A stretch of 64,000 nucleotides of DNA from positions 131,874,001 to 131,938,000 of the forward strand of contig OZ024744.1 of assembly GCA_964016885.1 (NCBI GenBank). Reading direction: 5' to 3'. Origin of the DNA: Eledone cirrhosa. Its lineage: Eukaryota. The stretch's first letter is position 1. Every line of letters begins with the position of its first letter. Below are positions 26,201-37,689 of this stretch, one piece after another. A program made the translations under genes and the position numbers. Under the pieces are notes generated by a model. The model had not been told where the DNA came from. It saw only the letters and a list, made by a program, of their open reading frames with translations, and did no database searches.

Positions 26201-29200
26201 TAAGTTAAATTGGGGTTAATTTAAATTGGGGTTAAGTTAACTTTGTGGTTAAGTTAAGTTGGGGTTAAGTTAAGTTGGGGTTAATTTAAGTTGGGGTTGA
26301 GTTAAGTTGGGGTTGAGTGAAGTTGGGGTTAAGTTAAGTTGGGGTTAAGTTAAGTTGGCGTTAAGTTAAGTTGGGGTTAAGTTAAGTCGGGGTTAAGTTA
26401 AGTTGGGGTTGAGTTAAGTTGGGGTTAATTTAAGTTGGGGCTAATTTAATTTGTGGTTAAGTTGGGGTTAAGTTAAGTTGGGGTTAAGTTAAGTTGGGGT
26501 TGAGTTAAGTTGGGGTTGAGTTAATTTAGGGTTAAGTTAAGTTGGGGTTAAGTTAAGTTGGGTTTAAGTTAAGTTGGGGTTAAATTAAGTTGGGGTTAAG
26601 TTAAGTTGGGGGTAACCTAAGTTGGGGGCAAGTTAAGTTGGGGTTAAGTTAAGTTGGGGTTAAGTTAAGTTGGGTTTAAGTTAAGTTGGGGTTAAGTTAA
26701 GTTGGGGTTAAGTTAAGTTGGGGTTAAGTTAAGTTGGGGTTAAGTTAAGTTGGGGTTAAGTTAAGTTGGGGTTAAATTAAGTTGGTGTTAAGTTAAGTTG
26801 GGGCTAAGTTAAGTTGGGGCTGAGTCAAGTTGGGGTTGAGTTAAGTTGGGGTTAAGTTAAGTTGGGGTTAAGTTAAGTTGGGGTTAAGTTAAGTTGGGGT
26901 TAAGTTAAGTTGGGGTTAAGATGGGGTTAAATTAAGTTGGGTTTAAATTAAGTTGGGGTTAAGTTAAGTTGGGGTTAAGTTAAGTTGGGGTTAAGTTAAG
27001 TCGGGGTTAAGTTAAGTCGGGGTTAAGTTAAGTTAGGGTTAATTTAAGTTGGAGTTAAGTTAAGTTGGGGTTGAGTTAAGTTGGGGTTGAGTTAAATTGG
27101 GGTGGAGTTAAGTTGGGGTTGAGTTAAGTTGGTGTTGAGTTATGTTGGGGTTAAGTTAAGTCGGGGTTAAGTTAAGTTGCAGTTAATTTAAGTTGAGGTT
27201 AAGTTAAGTTGGGGTTAAGTTAAGTTGGGGTTAAGTTAAGTTGGGGCTAAGTTAAGTTGGGGCTAAGTTAAGTTGGGGCTTAGTTAAGTTGGGGTTCAGT
27301 TAAGTTGGGGTTAAGTTAAGTTTCGGTTAAGTTGGGGTTAAATTAAGTTGGGGTTAAGTTAAGTTGGGGTTTAGTTAAGTTGGGGTTAAGTTAAGTTGGG
27401 GTTAATTTAAGTTGGGGTTAAGTTAAGTTGGGGTTAAGTTAAGTGGTGGTTATGTTAAGTTGGGGTTAAGTTAAGTTGGGATTAATTTAAATTGGGGTTA
27501 AGTTAACTTTGTGGTTAAGTTAAGTGGGGGTTAAGTTAAGTTGGGGTTAAGTTAAGTTGGGGTTGAGTTAAGTTGGGGTTGAGTGAAGTTGGGGTTAAGT
27601 TAAGTTGGGGTTAATTTAAGTTGGGGTTAAGTTAAGTCGGGGTTAAGTTAAGTTGGGGTTGAGTTAAGTTGGGGTTAATTTAAGTTGGGGCTAAGTTAAT
27701 TTGTGGTTAAGTTAAGTTGGGGTTAAGTTAAGTTGGGGTTAAGTTAAGTTGGGGTTGAGTTAAGTTGGGGTTAAGTTAATTTGTGGTTAAGTTAAGTTGG
27801 GGTTAAGTTAAGTTGGGGTTAAGTTAAGTTGGGTTTAAGTTAAGTTGGGGTTAAATTAAGTTGGGGTTAAATTAAGTTGGGGTTAAGTTAGGTTGGGGGT
27901 AAGTTAAGTTGGGGTCAAGTTAAGTTGGGGTTAAAATTAAGTTGGGGTTAAGTCAAGTTGGGGTTAAGTTAAGTTGGGGTTAATTTAGTTGGGGTTAAGT
28001 TAAGTTGGGGCTAAGTTAAGTTGGGGCTAAGTTAAGTTGGGGCTAACTTAAGTTGGGGTTAAGTTAAGTTGGGGTTGAGTTAAGGTGGGGTTAATTTAAG
28101 TTGGGGTCAACTTAAATTGGGGTTAAGTTAAGTTGGGGTTAAGTTAAGTTGGGGTTAAGTTAAGTTGGGGTTAAGTTAAGTTGGGGTTAAATTAAGTTGG
28201 TGTTAAGTTAAGTTGGGGCTAAGTTAAGTTGGGGCTGAGTTAAGTTGGGGCTGGGTTAAGTTGGGGTTAAGTTAAGTTGGGGTTGAGTTAAGTTGGGGTT
28301 AAGTTAAGTTGGGGTTAAGTTAAGTTGGGGTTAAGTTAAGTTGGGGTTAAGTTAAGTTGGGGTTGAGTTAAGTTGGGGTTAAGTTAAGTTGGGGTTCAGT
28401 TAATTTGGGGTTAAGTTAAGTTGGCGTTAAGATGGGGTTAAATTAAGTTGGGGTTAAGTTAAGTTGGGGTTAAGTTAAGTTGGGGTTCAGTTAAGTTGGG
28501 GTTAAGTTAAGTTGGGTTTAAGATGGGGTTAAATTAAGTTGGGGTTAAGTTAAGTTGGGGTTAAGTTAAGTTGGGGTTAAGTTAAGTTGGGGTTAAGTTA
28601 AGTCGGGGTTAAGTTAAGTCGGGGTTAAGTTAAGTTAGGGTTAATTTAAGTTGGAGTTAAGTTAAGTTGGGGTTGAGTTAAGTTGGGGTTGAGTTAAATT
28701 GGGGTGGAGTTAAGTTGGGGTTGAGTTAAGTTGGTGTTGAGTTATGTTGGGGTTAAGTTAAGTTGGGGTTAAGTTAAGTTGCAGTTAATTTAAGTTGAGG
28801 TTAAGTTAAGTTGGGGTTAAGTTAAGTTGGGGTTAAGTTAAGTTGGGGCTAAGTTAAGTTGGGGCTAAGTTAAGTTGGGGCTAAGTTAAGTTGGGGTTCA
28901 GTTAAGTTGGGGTTAAGTTAAGTTTGGGTTAAGTTGGGGTTAAATTAAGTTGGAGTTAAGTTAAGTTGGGGTTGAGTTAAGTTGGGGTTGAGTTAAATTG
29001 GGGTGGAGTTAAGTTGGGGTTGAGTTAAGTTGGTGTTGAGTTATGTTGGGGTTAAGTTAAGTTGGGGTTAAGTTAAGTTGCAGTTAATTTAAGTTGGAGT
29101 TAAGTTAAGTTGGGGTTGAGTTAAGTTGGGGTTGAGTTAAATTGGGGTGGAGTTAAGTTGGGGTTGAGTTAAGTTGGTGTTGAGTTATGTTGGGGTTAAG

Positions 29201-32200
29201 TTAAGTTGGGGTTAAGTTAAGTTGCAGTTAATTTAAGTTGAGGTTAAGTTAAGTTGGGGTTAAGTTAAGTTGGGGTTAAGTTAAGTTGGGGCTAAGTTAA
29301 GTTGGGGCTAAGTTAAGTTGGGGCTAAGTTAAGTTGGGGCTAAGTTAAGTTGGGGTTTAGTTAAGCTGGGGTTAAGTTAAGTTTTGGGTCAATTTAAGTT
29401 GGGGTTAAGTTAAGTTGGGGTTAAGTTAAGTGGTGGTTATGTTAAGTTGGGGTTAAGTTAAGTTGGGATTAATTTAAATTGGGGTTAAGTTAACTTTGTG
29501 GTTAAGTTAAGTGGGGGTTAAGTTAAGTTGGGGTTAAGTTAAGTTGGGGTTGAGTTAAGTTGGGGTTGAGTGAAGTTGGGGTTAAGTTAAGTTGGGGTTA
29601 ATTTAAGTTGGGGTTAAGTTAAGTCGGGGTTAAGTTAAGTTGGGGTTGAGTTAAGTTGGGGTTAATTTAAGTTGGGGCTAAGTTAATTTGTGGTTAAGTT
29701 AAGTTGGGGTTAAGTTTAGTTGGGGTTAAGTTAAGTTGGGGTTGAGTTAAGTTGGGGTTAAGTTAATTTGTGGTTAAGTTAAGTTGGGGTTAAGTTAAGT
29801 TGGGGTTAAGTTAAGTTGGGTTTAAGTTAAGTTGGGGTTAAATTAAGTTGGGGTTAAATTAAGTTGGGGTTAAGTTAGGTTGGGGGTAAGTTAAGTTGGG
29901 GGCAAGTTAAGTTGGGGTTAAGTTAAGTTGGGGTTAAATTAAGTTGGGGTTAAGTTAAGTTGGTGTTAAGTTAAGTTGGGGTTTATTTAAGTTGGGGTTA
30001 ATTAAGTTGGGGTTAAGTTAAGTTGGGGTTAATTTAAGTTGGGGTTGAGTTAAGTTGGGGTTAAGTTAAGTTGGGTTTATATTAAGTTGGTGTTAAGTTA
30101 AGTTGGGGTTAAGTTAAGTTGGGATTCAGTTAAGTTGCGGTTAAGTTAAGTTGGGGTTAAGTTAAGTTGGGGTTAAGTTAAGTTGGGGTTAAGTTAAGTT
30201 GGGGTTAAGTTAAGTTGGTGTTAAGTTAAGTTGGGGCTAAGTTAAGTTGGGGCTGAGTTAAGTTGAGGCTGAGTTAAGTTGGGGTTAAGTTAAGTTGGGG
30301 TTGAGTTAAGTTGGGGTTAAGTTAAGTTGGGGTTAAGTTAAGTTGGGGTTAAGTTAAGTTGGGGTTAAGTTAAGTTGGGGTTTAGTTACGTTGGGGTTCA
30401 GTTAAGTTGGGGTTAAGTTAAGTTTGGGTTAAGTTGGGGTTAAATTAATTTGGGGTTAAGTTAAGTTGGGGTTTAGTTTAGTTGGGGTTAAGTTAAGTTG
30501 GGGTTAATTTAAGTTGGGGTTAAGTTAAGTTGCGGGTAATTTAAGTTGGGGTTAAGTTAAGTTGGGGTTAAGTTAAGTTGGGGGTAAGTTAAGTTGGGAG
30601 TAACTTAAGTTGGGGGTAAGTTAAGTTGGGGTTAAGTTAAGATAGGGTTAAGTTAAGTTGGGGTTGAGTTAAGTTGGGGTTAAGTTAAGTTGGAGTTACG
30701 TTAAGTTGGGGTTAAGTTAAGTTGCGGTTAAGTTAAGTTGGGGTTAAGTTAAGTTGGGGTTAAGTTAAATGGGGGTTAAGTTAAGTTGGGGTTAAGTTAA
30801 GTTGGGGTTAAGTTAAGTTGGGGTTAAGTTAGATTGTGGTTAAGTTAAGTTGGGGTTAAGTTAAGTTGGGGTTAAGTTAAGTTGGGGTTAAGTTAACTTT
30901 GTGGTTAAGTTAAGTTGGGGTTAAGTTAAGTTGGGGTTAATTTAAGTTGGGGTTGAGTTAAGTTGGGGTTGAGTGAAGTTGGGGTTAAGTTAAGTTGGGG
31001 TTAAGTTAAGTTGGGGTTGAGTTAAGTTGGGGTTAAGTTAAGTGGTGGTTATGTTAAGTTGGGGTTAAGTTAAATTGGGGTTAATTTAAATTGGGGTTAA
31101 GTTAACTTTGTGGTTAAGTTAAGTTGGGGTTAAGTTAAGTTGGGGTTAATTTAAGTTGGGGTTGAGTTAAGTTGGGGTTGAGTGAAGTTGGGGTTAAGTT
31201 AAGTTGGGGTTAAGTTAAGTTGGCGTTAAGTTAAGTTGGGGTTGAGTTAAGTTGAGGTTGAGTTAATTTAGGGTTAAGTTAAGTTGGGGTTAAGTTAAGT
31301 TGGGTTTAAGTTAAGTTGGGGTTAAATTAAGTTGGGGTTAAATTAAGTTGGGGTTAAGTTAAGTTGGGGGTAAGTTAAGTTGGGGTTAAGTTAAGTTGGG
31401 GTTAAGTTAAGTTGGGGTTAAGTTAGGTTGGGGTCAAGTTAAGTTGGGGTTAAGTTAAGTTGGGGTTAAGTTAAGTTGGGGTTAATTTAGTTGGGGTTAA
31501 GTTAAGTTGGGGCTAAGTTAAGTTGGGGCTAAGTTAAGTTGGGGTTAAGTTAAGTTGGGGTTAAGTTAAGTTGGGGTTAAGTTAAGTTGGGGTTAAGTTA
31601 AGTTGGGGTTAAGTTAAGTTGGTGTTAAGTTAAGTTGGGGCTAAGTTAAGTTGAGGCTGAGTTAAGTTGGGGTTAAGTTAAGTGGTGGTTATGTTAAGTT
31701 GGGGTTAAGTTAAGTCGGGGTTAAGTTAAGTTGGGGTTAAGTTAAGTTGGGGTTAAGTTAAGTTGGGGTTAAGTTAAGTTGGGGTTAAGTTAAGTTGGGG
31801 TTGAGTTAAGTTGGGGTTAAGTTAAGTTGGGGTTAAGTTAAGTTGGGGTTCAGTTAAGTTTGTGGTTAAGTTAAGTTGGGGTTAAGTTAAGTTGGGGTTA
31901 ATTTAAGTTGGGGTTGAGTTAAGTTGGGGTTGAGTGAAGTTGGGGTTAAGTTAAGTTGGGGTTAAGTTAAGTTGGCGTTAAGTTAAGTTGGGGTTGAGTT
32001 AAGTTGAGGTTGAGTTAATTTAGGGTTAAGTTAAGTTGGGGTTAAGTTAAGTTGGGTTTAAGTTAAGTTGGGGTTAAATTAAGTTGGGGTTAAATTAAGT
32101 TGGGGTTAAGTTAAGTTGGGGGTAAGTTAAGTTGGGGTTAAGTTAAGTTGGGGTTAAGTTAAGTTGGGGTTAAGTTAGGTTGGGGTCAAGTTAAGTTGGG

Positions 32201-35200
32201 GTTAAGTTAAGTTGGGGTTAAGTTAAGTTGGGGTTAATTTAGTTGGGGTTAAGTTAAGTTGGGGCTAAGTTAAGTTGGGGCTAAGTTAAGTTGGGGTTAA
32301 GTTAAGTTGGGGTTAAGTTAAGTTGGGGTTAAGTTAAGTTGGGGTTAAGTTAAGTTGGGGTTAAGTTAAGTTGGTGTTAAGTTAAGTTGGGGCTAAGTTA
32401 AGTTGAGGCTGAGTTAAGTTGGGGCTGAGTTAAGTTGGGGTTAAGTTAAGTTGGGGTTGAGTTAAGTCGGGGTTAAGTTAAGTTGGGGTTAAGTTAAGTT
32501 GGGGTTAAGTTAAGTTGGGGTTAAGTTAAGTTGGGGTTAAGTTAAGTTGGGGTTGAGTTAAGTTGGGGTTAAGTTAAGTTGGGGTTAAGTTAAGTTGGGG
32601 TTCAGTTAAGTTTGGGTTAAGTTAAGTTGGGGTTAAGATGGGGTTAAATTAAGTTGGGGTTTAGTTAAGTTGGGGTTAAGTTAAGTTGGGGTTAAGTTAA
32701 GTTGGGGTTAAGTTAAGTCGGGGTTAAGTTAAGTCGGGGTTAAGTTAAGTTAGGGTTAAGTTAAGTTGGAATTAAGTTAAGTTGGGGTTGATTTAAGTTG
32801 GGGTTGAGTTAAATTAGGGTGGAGTTAAGTTGGGGTTGAGTTAAGTTGGTGTTGAGTTAAGTTAGGGTTAAGTTAAGTTGGGGTTAAGTTAAGTTGCAGT
32901 TAAGTTAAGTTGAGATTAAGTTAAGTTGGGGTTAAGTTAAGTTTGAGTTAAGTTGGGGTTAAATTAAGTTGGGGTTATGTTAAGTTGGGGTTTAGTTAAG
33001 TTGGGGTTAAGTTAAGTTGGGGTTAATTTAAGTTGGGGTTAAGTTAAGTTGGGGTTAAGTTAAGTGGTGGTTATGTTAAGTTGGGGTTAAGTTAAGTTGG
33101 GGTTAATTTAAATTGGGGTTAAGTTAACTTTGTGGTTAAGTTAAGTTGGGGTTAAGTTAAGTTGGGGTTAAGTTAAGTTGGGGTTGAGTTAATTGGGGTT
33201 GAGTGAAGTTGGGGTTAAGTTAAGTTGGGGTTAATTTAAGTTGGGGTTAAGTTAAGTCGGGGTTAAGTTAAGTTGGGGTTGAGTTAAGTTGGGGTTAATT
33301 TAAGTTGGGGCTAATTTAATTTGTGGTTAAGTTGGGGTTAAGTTAAGTTGGGGTTAAGTTAAGTTGGGGTTGAGTTAAGTTGGGGTTGAGTTAATTTAGG
33401 GTTAAGTTAAGTTGGGGTTAAGTTAAGTTGGGTTTAAGTTAAGTTGGGGTTAAATTAAGTTGGGGTTAAGTTAAGTTGGGGGTAAGTTAAGTTGGGGGCA
33501 AGTTAAGTTGGGGTTAAGTTAAGTTGGGGTTAAATTAAGTTGGGGTTAAGTTAAGTTGGTGTTAAGTTAAGTTGGGGTTTATTTAAGTTGGGGTTAATTA
33601 AGTTGGGGTTAAGTTAAGTTGGGGTTAAGTTAAGTTGGGGTTAATTTAAGTTGGGGTTGAGTTAAGTTGGGGTTAAGTTAAATGGGTTTATATTAAGTTG
33701 GGGTTAAGTTAAGTTGGGGTTAAGTTAAGTTGGGGTTCAGTTAAGTTGCGGTTAATTTAAGTTGGGGTTAAGTTAAGTTGGGGTTCAGTTAAGTTGGGGT
33801 TAAGTTTAGTTGCGGCTAAGTTAAGTTGGGGTTAAGTTAAGTTGGTGTTAAGTTAAGTTGGGGCTAAGTTAAGTTGGGGCTGAGTTAAGTTGGGGCTGAG
33901 TTAAGTTGGGGTTAAGTTAAGTTGGGGTTGAGTTAAGTTGGGGTTAAGTTAAGTTGGGGTTAAGTTAAGTTGGGGTTAAGTTAAGTTGGGGTTAAGTTAA
34001 GTTGGGGTTTAGTTAAGTTGGGGTTCAGTTAAGTTGGGGTTAAGTTAAGTTTGGGTTAAGTTGGGGTTAAATTAATTTGGGGTTAAGTTAAGTTGGGGTT
34101 TAGTTTAGTTGGGGTTAAGTTAAGTTGGGGTTAATTTAAGTTGGGGTTAAGTTAAGTTGCGGGTAATTTAAGTTGGGGTTAATTTAAGTTGGGGTTAAGT
34201 TAAGTTGGGGTTAAGTTAAGTTGGGGTTAAGTTAAGTTGGGGGTAAGTTAAGTTGGGGGTAAGTTAAGTTGGGGGTAAATTAAGTTGGGGTTAAGTTAAG
34301 TTAGGGTTAAGTTAAGTTGGGGTTGAGTTAAGTTGGGGTTAAGTTAAGTTGGGGTTATGTTAAGTTGGGGTTAAGTTAAGTTGCGGTTAAGTTAAGTTGG
34401 CGTTATGTTAAGTTGGGGTTAAGTTAAATTGGGGTTAAGTTAAGTTGGGGTTAAGTTAAGTTGGGGTTAAGTTAAGTTGGGGTTAAGTTAGATTGTGGTT
34501 AAGTTAAGTTGGGGTTAAGTTAAGTTGGGGTTAAGTTAAGTTGGGGTTAAGTTAAGGCGGGGTTAAGTTGAGTTGGTGTTAAGTTAAGTTGGGGTTAAGT
34601 TAAGTTGGGGTTGAGTTAATTTGGGGTTAACTTAAGTTGGGGGTACTTAAGTTGGGTTTAAGTTAAGTGGGGTTAAGTTAAGTTGGGGTTAAGTTAAGTT
34701 GGGGTTAAGTTAAGTTGGGGTTAAGTTAGGTTGTGGTTAAGTTAAGTTGGGGGTAAGTTAAGTTGGGGGTAAGTTAAGTTGGGGTTAATTTAAGTTGGGT
34801 CTAATTAAGTTGGGGTTAATTTAAGTTGGGGTTAAGTTAAGTTGGGGTTGAGTTAATTTGGGGTTAACTTAAGTTGGGGGTACTTAAGTTGGGTTTAAGT
34901 TAAGTGGTGTTAAGTTAAGTTGGGGGTAAGTTAATTTGGGGGTAAGTTAAGTTGGGGTTAATTTAAGTTGGGTCAAATTAAGTTGGGGTTAAGTTAAGTT
35001 GGGGTTAAGTTAAGTTGGGGTTAAATTAAGTTGGGGTTAAGTTAAGTTGGGGTTAAATTAAGTTGGCGTAAGTTAATTTGTGGTTAAGTTAAGTTGGGGT
35101 TAAGGTAAGTTGGGATTAAGTTAAGTTGGGGTTGAGTTAAGTTGGGGTTGAGTTAATTTAGGGTTAAGTTAAGTTGTGGTTAAGTTAAGTTGGGTTTAAG

Positions 35201-37689
35201 TTAAGTTGGGGTTAAATTAAGTTGGGGTTAAATTAAGTTGGGGTTAAGTTAGGTTGGGGGTAAGTTAAGTTGGGGGCAAGTTAAGTTGGGGTTAAGTTAA
35301 GTTGGGGTTAAATTAAGTTGGGGTTAAGTTAAGTTGGTGTTAAGTTAAGTTGGGGTTTATTTAAGTTGGGGTTAATTAAGTTGGGGTTAAGTTAAGTTGG
35401 GTTTAAGTTAAGTTGGGGTTAATTTAAGTTGGGCTTGAGTTAAGTTGGGGTTAAGTTAAGTTGGGTTTATATTAAGTTGGGGTTAAGTTAAGTTGGGGTT
35501 AAGTTAAGTTGGGGTTCAGTTAAGTTGCGGTTAAGTTAAGTTGGGGTAAAGTTAAGTTGGTGTTAAGTTAAGTTGGGGTTAAGTTAAGTTGGTGTTAAGT
35601 TAAGTTGGGGCTAAGTTAAGTTGGGGCTGAGTTGAGTTGGGGTTGAGTTAAGTTGGGGTTAATTTAAATTGGGGTTAAGTTAACTTTGTGGTTAAGTTAA
35701 GTTGGGGTTAAGTTAAGTTGGGGCTAAGTTAAGTTGGGGTTGAGTTAAGTTGGGGCTGAGTTAAGTTGGGGTTAAGTTAAGTTGGGGTTGAGTTAAGTTG
35801 GGGTTAAGTTAAGTTGGGGCTAAGTTAAGTTGGGGCTAAGTTAAGTTGGGGTTCAGTTAAGTTGGGGTTAAGTTAAGTTTGGGTTAAGTTGGGGTTAAAT
35901 TAAGTTGGGGTTAAGTTAAGTTGGGGTTTAGTTAAGTTGGGGTTAAGTTAAGTTGGGGTTAATTTAAGTTGGGGTTAAGTTAAGTTGGGGTTAAGTTAAG
36001 TGGTGGTTATGTTAAGTTGGGGTTAAGTTAAGTTGGGATTAATTTAAATTGGGGTTAAGTTAACTTTGTGGTTAAGTTAAGTGGGGGTTAAGTTAAGTTG
36101 GGGTTAAGTTAAGTTGGGGTTGAGTTAAGTTGGGGTTGAGTGAAGTTGGGGTTAAGTTAAGTTGGGGTTAATTTAAGTTGGGGTTAAGTTAAGTCGGGGT
36201 TAAGTTAAGTTGGGGTTGAGTTAAGTTGGGGTTAATTTAAGTTGGGGCTAAGTTAATTTGTGGTTAAGTTAAGTTGGGGTTAAGTTAAGTTGGGGTTAAG
36301 TTAAGTTGGGGTTGAGTTAAGTTGGGGTTAAGTTAATTTGTGGTTAAGTTAAGTTGGGGTTAAGTTAAGTTGGGGTTAAGTTAAGTTGGGTTTAAGTTAA
36401 GTTGGGGTTAAAATTAAGTTGGGGTTAAGTCAAGTTGGGGTTAAGTTAAGTTGGGGTTAATTTAGTTGGGGTTAAGTTAAGTTGGGGCTAAGTTAAGTTG
36501 GGGCTAAGTTAAGTTGGGGCTAACTTAAGTTGGGGTTAAGTTAAGTTGGGGTTGAGTTAAGGTGGGGTTCATTTAAGTTGGGGTCAACTTAAATTGGGGT
36601 TAAGTTAAGTTGGGGTTAAGTTAAGTTGGGGTTAAGTTAAGTTGGGGTTAAGTTAAGTTGGGGTTAAATTAAGTTGGTGTTAAGTTAAGTTGGGGCTAAG
36701 TTAAGTTGGGGCTGAGTTAAGTTGGGGCTGAGTTAAGTTGGGGTTAAGTTAAGTTGGGGTTGAGTTAAGTTGGGGTTAAGTTAAGTTGGGGTTAAGTTAA
36801 GTTGGGGTTAAGTTAAGTTGGGGTTAAGTTAAGTTGGGGTTGAGTTAAGTTGGGGTTAAGTTAAGTTGGGGTTCAGTTAATTTGGGGTTAAGTTAAGTTG
36901 GCGTTAAGATGGGGTTAAATTAAGTTGGGGTTAAGTTAAGTTGGGGTTAAGTTAAGTTGGGGTTCAGTTAAGTTGGGGTTAAGTTAAGTTGGGGTTAAGA
37001 TGGGGTTAAATTAAGTTGGGGTTAAGTTAAGTTGGGGTTAAGTTAAGTTGGGGTTAACTTAAGTTGGGGTTAAGTTAAGTCGGGGTTAAGTTAAGTCGGG
37101 GTTAAGTTAAGTTAGGGTTAATTTAAGTTGGAGTTAAGTTAAGTTGGGGTTGAGTTAAGTTGGGGTTGAGTTAAATTGGGGTGGAGTTAAGTTGGGGTTG
37201 AGTTAAGTTGGTGTTGAGTTATGTTGGGGTTAAGTTAAGTTGGGGTTAAGTTAAGTTGCAGTTAATTTAAGTTGAGGTTAAGTTAAGTTGGGGTTAAGTT
37301 AAGTTGGGGTTAAGTTAAGTTGGGGCTAAGTTAAGTTGGGGCTAAGTTAAGTTGGGGCTAAGTTAAGTTGGGGTTCAGTTAAGTTGGGGTTAAGTCAAGT
37401 TTGGGTTAAGTTGGGGTTAAATTAAGTTGGGGTTAAGTTAAGTTGGGGTTTAGTTAAGTTGGGGTTAAGTTAAGTTGGGGTCAATTTAAGTTGGGGTTAA
37501 GTTAAGTTGGGGTTAAGTTAAGTGGTGGTTATGTTAAGTTGGGGTTAAGTTAAGTTGGGATTAATTTAAATTGGGGTTAAGTTAACTTTGTGGTTAAGTT
37601 AAGTGGGGGTTAAGTTAAGTTGGGGTTAAGTTAAGTTGGGGTTGAGTTAAGTTGGGGTTGAGTGAAGTTGGGGTTAAGTTAAGTTGGGG